Source: an uncultured Candidatus Binatia bacterium (lineage in GTDB: Bacteria > Desulfobacterota > Binatia > UBA9968 > JAJDTQ01). Taken from it: a stretch of DNA of 64,000 nucleotides. The position numbers were made by a program, and so were the translations under genes. Positions 27,613 through 38,062 of the stretch are shown in pieces (the stretch's first letter is position 1; each line of letters opens with the position of its first letter). Below the pieces are notes generated by a model. The model ran no database searches and was not told the origin of the DNA. It saw nothing but the letters and a program-made list of their open reading frames with translations. The stretch lies in contig OZ251459.1 of NCBI GenBank assembly GCA_965242525.1, forward strand, positions 640,001 through 704,000, read 5' to 3'.

Positions 27613-29952
27613 TCACCCCTCTTTCCCTTTCTCTCTCGTCCGGCCCGCTTCGCGGATCAACCCCCGGATCCGGTTCGGCGTCAGGGGCAGGTCCCGGACC
27701 TGGACGCCCAGGGAGGAGAGGGCGTGGGACACCGCGTTGGCCAGCGCTGCGCCGCAGGCGACGATGCCGCCCTCGCCCGCGCCCTTGACGCCCAGGGGGT
27801 TGAGCGGCGAGGGGGAGTACTCGGTGACGATGCTTTCCATGGGCGGGATCTCCGTGCTGGAAGGCAGGGGGTAGTCGAGCAGGGTGGTGGTCAGGAGTTG
27901 GCCGTCCTCGTCGTAGGCCAACTCCTCCAGCAGGGTGCCGCCGATGCCCTGGGCCGCGGCTCCCAAGGCCTGGCCGTGCACCAGCAGCGGGTTGACGCAG
28001 CGGCCCACGTCTTCCAGCACCAGGTACCGCAGGATCTCCACCTGGCCCGTCTCCGGGTCCACGGCCACGTGCGCCAAGTGGCCGCCGTAGGTGTAGGTCA
28101 GACGGTCCGTGTGGAAGTACTCGGTGGCCTCCAGTCCCGGCGCACCGCCGCCCGGGACCTTGCCGGGGCGGGTCATCTCCAATAGCTCTCCCAGCCCCAG
28201 CAAGGCCCGATCCGTTCCCGCGGCGTGGACCAGGCCGGAGCGCAACTCCAGTCCCCCGGGCTCGGTCTCCAGCCGCCGGGCCGCGAGCTGCAAGAGCTTC
28301 TCCTTCAGGGCCGCGGCGGTGAGGTGCACGGCGTTGCCGGCCATCACCGTGCCGCGGCTGGAATAGGTGCCGCCGCCGTAGGGCATCAGGTCGGTGCTGC
28401 CGTGGAACACCGTGATCCATTCCATGGGCACGCCGAGGCCGTCCGCGCAGATCTGCGCCATCACGGTCTCGTGCCCCTGGCCCAGGGTGGCGATGCCCAG
28501 ATAGACGGCCACGCTCTCCGGTCCGGTGACCGCGACGCGCGCCCCCTCGGACGGCCCCAGGCCGGTGTTCTTCACGAACCAGCCGATGCCGACGCCGTGG
28601 TAGCGTCCCTCTTGCAGCCTGCCCTGGAGCGGCTTCAGGGCGTCGTACCCGAAACGCTCCAGGGCGTGTTCCAGCGCCCGGGGGTAATCGCCGCTGTCGA
28701 ACACGGTGGAGGCGATCCCCGGACGGGTGGCCCCCAGCTCATAGGGGATCTCCTCGGGCCGGATGAGGTTCTTGCGGCGCAACTCGATGGGGTCCATGCC
28801 CAGGTCCGCGGCCACCATGTCGAGCATCCGCTCGCGGAAATAGCACGACTCGTAGCGGCCCGGCGCCCGGTAGGTCCCCACCCCCATCTTGTGGGTCATC
28901 ACGCAGCGCACGTGGGCTTCGTAGGCCGGGACCCGGTACGGCCCCGGCAGCACCGCCGCGGTGGACGCGGGAACCAGCCCGCCGTGGGTGCGGATGTACG
29001 CGCCCATGTCGCCGTGGATGCGGGCGCGCATGCCCAGCAGCGTGCCGTCCCGCCGGGCGGCGAGCTCCAGCTCGCAGCGCACCTCCCGCGAATGGTTGGC
29101 CGCCATCAGGTGCTCACGCCGGTCCTCGATCCACTTCACCGGCCGCCCGAGCTTCATGGCGGCGAAGGGGACCAGGAAGTCCTCGGGATAGAACTCGCCG
29201 CGGATGCCGAAGCCGCCCCCCACGTCCGGCTCCACGAAGTGGATGCGGTGCTCCGGCAACCCCAGCAGCGAGGACAGCACCGCGCGGTTGAAATGGGGCA
29301 CCTTGGTGGGCCCCCACACCGTCAACTCGTTCCTGCCGGGGTCGTGGGACGCCGCCAGCCCCCGGGTCTCCATGGGGTTGCCCGTGTGCCGGTGCACCCG
29401 CAGGACCTCCTTCCGGGTGTATTCGGCCTCCCGGAACGCCCGCTCCACGTCGCCGATCTCGATGTCGTGGCCGCCGGCCACGTTGGAACCCTGTTCCTCG
29501 TGGACCACCACCTCGCTGCGCAAGGCCGCGTCCACGTCCGCCACCGCCTCCAACGGCTCGTAATCGACGCGGACGGCGTCCACCGCGTCCTCCGCGGCGT
29601 ACCGGTCCGCGGCCACCGCCACCGCCACCGGCTCGCCCACGTAGGCCACCTTGTCCCGGGCCAGCGGATACTGGAGGAAACGGTCCAGCCCTTCCAGCGC
29701 GTACATGCGCAGCGGGATGGGCTTGACCCACGCGGGCAAGTCCGCAAAGGTGAGCACACAGGCGACCCCGGGCAGCTTCAGGGCGTCCGCGGCGTCCACC
29801 GCCAGGATGCGCGCGTGCGCATGGGGGCTCCTCAGCACGGCCGCGTGCAGCATCCCGGGCAGCTTCACGTCGTCGATGAACGTGGCCTTGCCGGTGAGGA
29901 AGCGAATGTCCTCGCCGCGCCGGATCGGCGCGCCGATGTACGTCCGGGTCAT
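27613..29952 (-). CDS. Xanthine dehydrogenase/CoxL-family molybdopterin large subunit
   Basis: LRSPHAHARI, VGGGFG, TYRAPGR, GQGHET, GTYSSR, GVKGAGEGG. Confidence 0.93.
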   Translation of the reverse strand: MTRTYIGAPIRRGEDIRFLTGKATFIDDVKLPGMLHAAVLRSPHAHARILAVDAADALKLPGVACVLTFADLPAWVKPIPLRMYALEGLDRFLQYPLARDKVAYVGEPVAVAVAADRYAAEDAVDAVRVDYEPLEAVADVDAALRSEVVVHEEQGSNVAGGHDIEIGDVERAFREAEYTRKEVLRVHRHTGNPMETRGLAASHDPGRNELTVWGPTKVPHFNRAVLSSLLGLPEHRIHFVEPDVGGGFGIRGEFYPEDFLVPFAAMKLGRPVKWIEDRREHLMAANHSREVRCELELAARRDGTLLGMRARIHGDMGAYIRTHGGLVPASTAAVLPGPYRVPAYEAHVRCVMTHKMGVGTYRAPGRYESCYFRERMLDMVAADLGMDPIELRRKNLIRPEEIPYELGATRPGIASTVFDSGDYPRALEHALERFGYDALKPLQGRLQEGRYHGVGIGWFVKNTGLGPSEGARVAVTGPESVAVYLGIATLGQGHETVMAQICADGLGVPMEWITVFHGSTDLMPYGGGTYSSRGTVMAGNAVHLTAAALKEKLLQLAARRLETEPGGLELRSGLVHAAGTDRALLGLGELLEMTRPGKVPGGGAPGLEATEYFHTDRLTYTYGGHLAHVAVDPETGQVEILRYLVLEDVGRCVNPLLVHGQALGAAAQGIGGTLLEELAYDEDGQLLTTTLLDYPLPSSTEIPPMESIVTEYSPSPLNPLGVKGAGEGGIVACGAALANAVSHALSSLGVQVRDLPLTPNRIRGLIREAGRTREKGKEG

Positions 29953-30363
29953 ATAGGCTCCAAAGGCCGGCCTCGCACCGGGGGCCGGCTACGGTGTTGC
30001 GAACCGTTCGGGGACACGGCCGCGAGGCTCGACAGTACGGACACGGGTTGTTATCCTCCGATTCCCTTCCCCTCGAGGGGGGAGGGGATGCTACCCCGTG
30101 AAATGGGTGAGAGAAGGACGCTATCCCGTGAGACCCTGCCCACACGAAATCCTGAAGAGTCTTATCCTCCCATGTATGCGGCATCCCCGCCGCCGTCAAC
30201 CGGCGCGGGATTCAACGGGAGCAGATCCAAACCAGCGCGCCGGACCGCCGGGGTCGGGGACGGCGGGGATGAAGAGGGCGCACATGCGCGAACGGGCGCG
30301 TCGGCCCGGTGAGAGACCCGGAGGCCCGGGCCGCGTCCCCGCGCCACGGAACGGGAGGCCGTC

Positions 30364-30801
30364 ATGACCAGTTTGGCGAAAGCCACGAGAGCGACCATCA
30401 TTCCGACCCTCCGCTACCGGGACGCCGCCGCGGCCGTCGATTGGCTGTGCAGTGCGTTCGGCTTCGAGCGCCACTTGGTGGTCCCCGGCGAGGGCGGCGC
30501 CATTGACCACGCCCAGCTCGCCTTCGGCAACGGCATGGTCATGCTCGGCTCCGCCCGGGACGACGAGTTCGGGCAGTTCCAGCAGCCCCTGGCCCAGGCC
30601 GGCGGACCGGTGCCGCAGAGCCCGTATGTGGTGGTCTCGGACGTGGACGCCCACCACGCAAGGGCCGTGGCCGCGGGCGCGCAGGTCGTCATGGCGCCGG
30701 AGGACCAGCCCTACGGCGGGCGGCTGTACTCCTGCCGCGACCCGGAAGGCAACCTCTGGAACTTCGGCAGCTACGACCCCTGGGACCCGCCCGCGGGATA
30801 G
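30364..30801 (+). CDS. VOC/glyoxalase-bleomycin resistance family protein
   Basis: P.LRYRDA.AA.DWL..AFGF, HAQL, D.PYGGR.Y..RDPEGNLW.FG. Confidence 0.9.
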   Translation: MTSLAKATRATIIPTLRYRDAAAAVDWLCSAFGFERHLVVPGEGGAIDHAQLAFGNGMVMLGSARDDEFGQFQQPLAQAGGPVPQSPYVVVSDVDAHHARAVAAGAQVVMAPEDQPYGGRLYSCRDPEGNLWNFGSYDPWDPPAG

Positions 30802-30824
30802 CGGTGCCGGGCCCACTCCCTTGT

Positions 30825-30855
30825 TTGACTTATCGCCGGAAAAACCTGATATAAA
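30825..30855 (+). promoter_or_regulatory. Putative sigma70 promoter of the decarboxylase operon
   Basis: TTGACT at 30825 and extended -10 TGaTATAAA at 30847-30855, in an AT-rich patch. Confidence 0.4.
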
Positions 30856-30947
30856 GGGGGAACGGACCCGGACTGCATGGCGCGGCCATTGCACGGCCCG
30901 CTTCGCAGCCGAATTCGCAGCCCAATCGAGCGCAAGGAGAACATCCA

Positions 30948-31163
30948 TTGGCAACCTCCGTCACGGCTCCCATGGTTGGAAAGATACTGAAGATCGAGGC
31001 AGGTCCCGGCGCCGCGGTGGAAGAGGACGACGTGGTCATCGTGATGGAGGCCATGAAGATGGAGATCCCCGTGGTCGCCCCCGCGGGCGGCACGGTCAAG
31101 ACGGTCAAGGTCGAGGTGGGGCAGTCGGTGGAGGCGGGGCAGGAGCTCGCCGAGATCGAGTAG
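30948..31163 (+). CDS. Biotin carboxyl carrier protein
   Basis: APMVG, EAMKM biotinylation motif; AAGGAG + TTG start. Confidence 0.92.
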   Translation: MATSVTAPMVGKILKIEAGPGAAVEEDDVVIVMEAMKMEIPVVAPAGGTVKTVKVEVGQSVEAGQELAEIE

Positions 31164-31196
31164 GCCCGCGGACTCGAACCCCGGACGGACATCGGC

Positions 31197-31313
31197 ATGG
31201 GCACCTGGGAATTCGGCCTTACGGTAGCGCTGGTGGGCAGCGTCGGCACGCTGCTGGTGCTGTGGCTCCTGAGCCTCCTGATCCTCCTGATGAGGAAGCT
31301 CTTCCCCTCCTGA
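31197..31313 (+). CDS. oadG: OadG/MmdD-like single-TM decarboxylase subunit (38 aa)
   Basis: Not in ORF track: MGTWEFGLTVALVGSVGTLLVLWLLSLLILLMRKLFPS. Located between BCCP and oadB. Confidence 0.7.
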   Translation: MGTWEFGLTVALVGSVGTLLVLWLLSLLILLMRKLFPS

Positions 31314-31380
31314 GACCGGGCATGGTCCGCCGCCCCTAGATTCCCGGTCTCCCGGGAACGACCACCGAGACTCGAAGCGT

Positions 31381-32523
31381 ATGGAAGCTGCGATCCTCTC
31401 CGGAGCCCTGGGGCTGCTCGACGGCGTTTCGCACCTGGGGCTCGGCCAGGTGGTGATGATGGCCATCGCCGGGGCGCTCCTCTACCTGGGCATCCGGAAG
31501 GGGTTCGAGCCGCTGTTGCTGGTGCCCATCGGTTTCGGCGCCATACTCGTCAACATCCCCCAGGCCGAGCTCATGGCCGAAGGCGGGACCCTGCGCTTCT
31601 TCTACGACTTCGGCATCCGCACGGAGATCTTCCCGGTGCTGATCTTCCTCGGCATCGGCGCCATGACCGACTTCGGGCCGCTGTTCTCCAACCCCAAGAT
31701 CATCATGCTGGGAGCGGCCGGCCAGTTCGGCATCTTCCTGACCCTGCTGCTGGCCCTGGCCCTGGGCTTCAGCCACCTGGACGCGGTGGCCATCGGCGTC
31801 ATCGGCGCCTGCGACGGCCCCACCGCCATCTACGTGAGCTCGCGCTACGCGCCCCACCTGCTGGGGGCGGTGTCGGTGGCGGCCTATTCCTACATGTCGC
31901 TGGTGCCGCTGATCCAGCCGCCCATCATGCGCGTCCTGACTACCGCCAGGGAGAAGCAGGTCACCATGGGGGTCGTGCAGCAGGCTCCGGTGTCCAGGAC
32001 CACCCGCATCCTCTTCCCCATCGTGGTCACGGTGGTGGCGTCGTGCATCGCGCCCCTGGGCACTCCGCTGATCGGCATGCTGATGCTGGGCAACCTGCTG
32101 CGGGAATGCGGCGTGGTGGAGCGCCTCAAGCTGGCTTCCGAGAACGAGATCGCCAACATCGTCACGCTGCTGCTGGGGCTGTCCATCGGCGGCACCATGG
32201 CCGCGGAGAGGTTCCTGCGGGTGGAGACCCTCATGGTCCTCTCCTTGGGGCTGGTGGCCATCGGCCTGGACACGGTGATGGGCGTGCTGTTCGGCAAGCT
32301 CATGTGCCTGCTCACCCGCGGCCGCATCAACCCGCTCATCGGCGCGGCCGGCATCTCGGCGTTCCCCATGGCCGCCCGGGTGGTGCAGAACGTGGGCCAG
32401 CGCTACAACAAGAAGAACCACCTGCTGATGCACGCCATGAGCGCCAACGCCGGGGGCCAGATCGGCTCGGTGATCGCCGCGGCCATCATGCTCTCGGTGC
32501 TGCGGGGCATGGGCGTCATCTGA
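31381..32523 (+). CDS. oadB: Na+-translocating decarboxylase beta subunit
   Basis: FEPLLLVPIGFG, GAMTDFGP, IG..GA.DGPT, AAYSYM.LVP, AGISAFPMAARV, N..GQIGS. Confidence 0.96.
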   Translation: MEAAILSGALGLLDGVSHLGLGQVVMMAIAGALLYLGIRKGFEPLLLVPIGFGAILVNIPQAELMAEGGTLRFFYDFGIRTEIFPVLIFLGIGAMTDFGPLFSNPKIIMLGAAGQFGIFLTLLLALALGFSHLDAVAIGVIGACDGPTAIYVSSRYAPHLLGAVSVAAYSYMSLVPLIQPPIMRVLTTAREKQVTMGVVQQAPVSRTTRILFPIVVTVVASCIAPLGTPLIGMLMLGNLLRECGVVERLKLASENEIANIVTLLLGLSIGGTMAAERFLRVETLMVLSLGLVAIGLDTVMGVLFGKLMCLLTRGRINPLIGAAGISAFPMAARVVQNVGQRYNKKNHLLMHAMSANAGGQIGSVIAAAIMLSVLRGMGVI

Positions 32524-32546
32524 CGGAACCGGCGCGGGGGACGTTC

Positions 32547-34115
<1,569 letters not shown>

Positions 34116-34159
34116 CAGGGGGAGCGTCCGACCCGTCCCGGCTCGATTCCTCTCTCTCC

Positions 34160-34570
34160 CTACGGCTCACCGGGTCGGGTCAGGATGGCGACACGGGTCA
34201 GCCCCGCGGACTTGGCGGCGTCCATTACCGCCACCACCAGGCCGTGGGGCACGCTGCGGTCGGCCCTCAGCAACACCTGTGGCCCGCCGCCTTTGGCGGT
34301 CGCCTCTTCCAGCGCCGCGCGCAGGTTTGCAAGCGCCACCGGCGCGCCGTCGAGACGGACCTCCCCCTTCCGCGTGATGACCACGTCCAGGTCGCCGCCC
34401 TTGCGCGCGGCCTCCTTCGCGGACGCGTCCGGCAGGTCCACCGTGATTCCCGGGTCCGCCAGGAAGTTCATGGACAGGGCGAAGAAGATCAACAGGTTGA
34501 AGATCGTGTCCACGAACGGCGTCATGTCGAGGAGGCCGCCGGCAGGCCTCGTGGGTGGCCGGAAGTTCAT
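34160..34570 (-). CDS. exbD: Biopolymer transporter ExbD/TolR
   Basis: DMTPFVD..F.LLIFF, V.LP.A, L.AD..V.HG.VV.VMD. Confidence 0.92.
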   Translation of the reverse strand: MNFRPPTRPAGGLLDMTPFVDTIFNLLIFFALSMNFLADPGITVDLPDASAKEAARKGGDLDVVITRKGEVRLDGAPVALANLRAALEEATAKGGGPQVLLRADRSVPHGLVVAVMDAAKSAGLTRVAILTRPGEP

Positions 34571-34595
34571 GTCACTCGTCCGCGCCGTCTTTCAG

Positions 34596-34893
34596 GGAAC
34601 CTCCGGACCATCGGGACAGGGGGCATGAGCGCGTCCTTCGACTTCGCTTCGCTACGCTCAGGACGAACGGAGATACTGAGGATCCTGGAATAGCTTGCCA
34701 CTACAAGGACGTATGATGGCGCGGTAGCCATCCCTGCTTACAGGCCCTTCATCCCGGTTTCCTTCCTGTCGATAAGGGAAACTCCGAACGATTATCCCCG
34801 TTCGTCCTGAGCGTAGCGAAGCGGAGTCGAAGGACGCTTTTTCCCACAGGGTGAGGGAATCCATCCCGGATGGCTCGATCGTTCAGGGGTTCC
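34596..34893. mobile_element. Composite MITE A insertion (two cores) in the 3' end of exbB
   Basis: GGAACCTCCGGACCATC at 34596 ... GATCGTTCAGGGGTTCC ending 34893; flanks TCAG/CCAG; inner TIR at about 34777. Confidence 0.88.
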
Positions 34894-35485
34894 CCAGCAA
34901 GTCCAGGAAGCGGACGGACAGCCGCTCCATCTCCAGCGTGAGGGTGTTGGCCTTGTTCAGCAGGTACCTGTGCATGACGATGGTGGGGACCGCCACGCTC
35001 AACCCGGCCAGGGTCGTGACCAGCGCCTCGGAGATCCCGCCCGCAAGCGTGCCCGGGTTGACCGCGCTCTGTGTGGAGATCACCGAGAAGATCTCGATCA
35101 TGCCCGAAATGGTCCCCAGGAGGCCCAGCAGCGTGCTGACCCCGGCGATGGTGCCGAGGGTGTCCACGAACCGCACCAGCTCGGCCGCTTCCCGACGGCC
35201 CGCTTCCTCCATGTGCTCCTTCACCACGGCGCGGCTTCGTCCCGCCGCCCGGACGCCCGCGGCGAGCACCTTGGCGATGGCCGCAGGGCTCCGTTCCAGC
35301 AACGCCCCGGCCGCGCCCGGGTCCTCCCCCTCGACCAGCGCCTCCGCCCTCCGCACCAACTCCGCGGGCGCCACCCGACGTCTTCGGAGGCTGAACAGCC
35401 GCTCCACGAATATGCCCACCGCGGTGACCGAGCACAGCAGTATCGGGACCATGAAGATGCCGCCCTTGCCGAGGAATTCGAGCAT
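34883..35485 (-). CDS. exbB: MotA/TolQ/ExbB proton channel family protein
   Basis: GGIFM.PIL.CS, LLGLLGTI.GMI..F, LAGGI.EAL.TT..GL.VA.P. Confidence 0.9.
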   Translation of the reverse strand: MLEFLGKGGIFMVPILLCSVTAVGIFVERLFSLRRRRVAPAELVRRAEALVEGEDPGAAGALLERSPAAIAKVLAAGVRAAGRSRAVVKEHMEEAGRREAAELVRFVDTLGTIAGVSTLLGLLGTISGMIEIFSVISTQSAVNPGTLAGGISEALVTTLAGLSVAVPTIVMHRYLLNKANTLTLEMERLSVRFLDLLGNP

Positions 35486-35500
35486 GCCGCCAACACCTAG

Positions 35501-35603
35501 TACCCTGTAACAGTGACTAGGTCACTGGCCTGGAACATCTCATCATGCACGGGAAACATGTCTCGCGCTGTATCCCTGCTGACAGAGGGACTGTTACAGG
35601 GTA
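35501..35603. mobile_element. Second MITE type (family C) with 14-bp perfect TIRs
   Basis: TACCCTGTAACAGT (35501-35514) and ACTGTTACAGGGTA (35590-35603); flanks CTAG/CTGG. Confidence 0.75.
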
Positions 35604-35611
35604 CTGGTATC

Positions 35612-35820
35612 GGAAACCCTGAAGAACCATCCTTATCCCTTCTGGACGCATCGAATCAGGAATCCCCATCCCTCCTGATCGCAGCGAAGCAGAGTCCCCT
35701 ATCCCTCCTGGGCATGGCGAACCGGAGACCTCCGTTCGTCCTGAGCGTAGCGTAGCGAAGTCGAAGGACCTGCTTTCCCGCAGGGAGACGAAACCCGATC
35801 CGGAAGGGATCCGACGTTCC
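35612..35820 (+). mobile_element. MITE family A copy with perfect TATC target duplication
   Basis: TATC-GGAAACCCTGAAG ... CCGACGTTCC-TATC; degenerate tandem units, then the core. Confidence 0.85.
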
Positions 35821-35961
35821 TATCATTTATCCTCGACCTGGGGTAACCGGAAGGGTTCCCTCTGCCGTTTCCGGCGCCGGCGCTTGTTTCCCGGTCGTGT
35901 GCGTTCTATCTCAACGGGAGGAGGGCCGCACGCGGTCTTTGCCGCGAGAGTTGACAACCCC

Positions 35962-36741
35962 ATGCTCAGGCGCATCGGACCCTTGATGGTGGACGTCTTC
36001 CCGCCGGAACGGAACAAGTTCCGGCCGCCCGTGGTCCTGGTCCACGGCCTGTGGGCCGGGGGCTGGTGTTGGCGGGAATGGGCCACGCGCCTGTGCAACC
36101 TGGGGTGGGAATGCTGGTCCCTCGACTTGCGGGAGCATGGCCGCGGCGCGCCGTCAACGCCGGACGAGGCGGTGGACCGCTTGCGCGCGGTGATGGCGGA
36201 GGCGGCCTTTCCGCCGGTGCTGATGGGGCACGGCATGGGGGCGCGGCTCGTCCTGGCCGCGGCCAGGGAGCGCGAGGCCGCGGCCGGGGTCCTGGTGGCG
36301 CCGGACGTGGCCGCCTACCTGGGAGAGTTGCCCAAGGCCATGCGCCTGCTGCGGCTCCGGTACCTGGCGCTGCTGGTCATGCGCCGTCCGATACTCGTCC
36401 GGCCGGCCGACTTCATGGACCTGTGGCTCCACGCCGTACCCCCGGACCGGCAACGGGACATCGTGGAAGCGCTTGCCCCGGAGCCGCCGGGGATGGTCCG
36501 GGCGCTGTTCGAGCGCGGCCTCGACGCGCCCGAGGTCCGGAACCCGACGCTGGTGCTCGGCGGGGCCGACGACCGGCTGGTCCCGGGCGCCGCCCTCCGC
36601 GACTTCGCCCGGGACGCGGGCGCGGGATACATGGAGGCCGGCGGCCGCGGCCACTGGCTGCTGGAGGACGGGGACCTGGTGAGCCGGACCCATCGCTGGC
36701 TCGTGAGGACCCTGGGGGAAGCGGTCCAGGAACCGTCATGA
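35962..36741 (+). CDS. Alpha/beta fold hydrolase-like protein lacking the nucleophile Ser
   Basis: VLVHGLW.G.WCW, DLREHG, GHGMG, GG.DD.LVP, GHW. Confidence 0.8.
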   Translation: MLRRIGPLMVDVFPPERNKFRPPVVLVHGLWAGGWCWREWATRLCNLGWECWSLDLREHGRGAPSTPDEAVDRLRAVMAEAAFPPVLMGHGMGARLVLAAAREREAAAGVLVAPDVAAYLGELPKAMRLLRLRYLALLVMRRPILVRPADFMDLWLHAVPPDRQRDIVEALAPEPPGMVRALFERGLDAPEVRNPTLVLGGADDRLVPGAALRDFARDAGAGYMEAGGRGHWLLEDGDLVSRTHRWLVRTLGEAVQEPS

Positions 36742-37466
36742 ACGAAGTGAACCTCCTCGTGGCCTTCGGGGCCGGCGGCCTCTCGTTCCTCAGTCCGTGC
36801 GTGCTGCCGTTGATCCCGTCGTACCTCTCGTTCGTCTCCGGCATATCGCCGCGGGAAATGAGCGAAGGCGCCCCGGGCCACGCCCGGCTCATGGGGAACG
36901 CCCTCGCCTTCGTATGCGGCTTCTCCGTCGCCTTCGTCGCCCTGGGAGCGTCCGCCAGCCTGCTGGGAAGCCTGCTGATCGGCTACCGGGACGCGGTGCG
37001 CATGGTCGGGGGCCTGTTCATCCTGTTGGTGGGGATCTACCTGACCGGGGTCTTCAAGGTCGCCGCCCTGGAGCGCTACGCCCAGTTCGACCTGCGCAGC
37101 AAGCCGGCCGGCTACCTGGGGTCGGCGCTGGTGGGACTCACCTTCGCGGTGGCCTGGATCCCCTGTGTGGGGCCGATCCTGGGCGCCATCCTGACCCTGG
37201 CCGGAACCGCGGCCGACGTCCACCGCGGCACGCTGCTGCTCTCGGCCTACGCAGCCGGCCTCGCCCTGCCGTTCCTCCTCAGCGCCTTGGCCATGAACCG
37301 CTTCTTCCGGCTCTCCCGCGCCCTCGGCCCTTGGCTGCCGGCCATCCACACGTGCGCCGGCCTGCTCCTGGCCGCCGTCGGCCTCCTGCTGCTGACCGAC
37401 ACCATGACCGCGCTCAACGCCTACGCGCTCCGTCTCACCCCCGCCTGGCTGGTGAAGTGGCTGTAG
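36738..37466 (+). CDS. ccdA: Cytochrome c biogenesis protein CcdA
   Basis: SFLSPCVLPLIP.Y and W.PCVGPIL motifs; ATGA overlap with the upstream gene. Confidence 0.93.
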   Translation: MNEVNLLVAFGAGGLSFLSPCVLPLIPSYLSFVSGISPREMSEGAPGHARLMGNALAFVCGFSVAFVALGASASLLGSLLIGYRDAVRMVGGLFILLVGIYLTGVFKVAALERYAQFDLRSKPAGYLGSALVGLTFAVAWIPCVGPILGAILTLAGTAADVHRGTLLLSAYAAGLALPFLLSALAMNRFFRLSRALGPWLPAIHTCAGLLLAAVGLLLLTDTMTALNAYALRLTPAWLVKWL

Positions 37467-37754
37467 CCGCACGGGCGCCCTGCCTCTCCGTATCCTCTAT
37501 CCGCCGTTTTGGAGCAGGGCATGAAAACGGCCCGCAAACCGGCCGGGATCTTCAAGGTGTCTCCGGCGAAGTTCATCTGATTCGACGCACTGCATCGTCA
37601 ATCACGATCACGGCTTCAAGCGCTCCACGGGATACTGTGGGGGCGCTTCCGGCTTTCGTGTGGGTAAGGTAGGAGGGAAAGGGGAGCGAAAGAGAACACG
37701 CCGTCATTGCTCCGCAGACGCCCACCCCTCGTTATTCCCGCAGCCGCCCGCTCC

Positions 37755-37876
37755 CGTCATTCCCGCGAAAGCGGGAATCCAGACCATGCGAGCAAACCAC
37801 ATGGGCGCCCTGTATGAGAGGTTTGTACAACGAGAGCGATGAAACTGGATGGATTCCCGCTTTCGCGGGAATGACG
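37755..37876. repeat. REP family B inverted doublet
   Basis: CGTCATTCCCGCGAAAGCGGGAATCCA at 37755-37781 and its reverse complement at 37850-37876; degenerate copies at 37700-37750. Confidence 0.9.
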
Positions 37877-38062
37877 GGATCGGGAGTGTCGCAACCCACA
37901 CGAATTCCGGAAGCGCCTCGGTATTTCTCCCGTCAAATCAGCGAAGCGGCGCCATCACGTCACCCGAGAGGCCCCGAGGCAGTCTCGTCCCGCGCTCAGA
38001 TGGTTCGTCTCCTGGTCCGTCTCCAGGCTCGAACACCATGATCTTCAGGTCCTCGCCCGCCG

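Noticed and set aside
30364-30801. Methylmalonyl-CoA epimerase next to the decarboxylase operon
   Set aside because: Lacks the epimerase HIGIAV/E metal motifs; a separate putative promoter lies downstream of it.
31164-31190. tRNA fragment (GGTTCGAGTCC on minus strand)
   Set aside because: T-stem is mismatched and there are no D, anticodon or acceptor arms.
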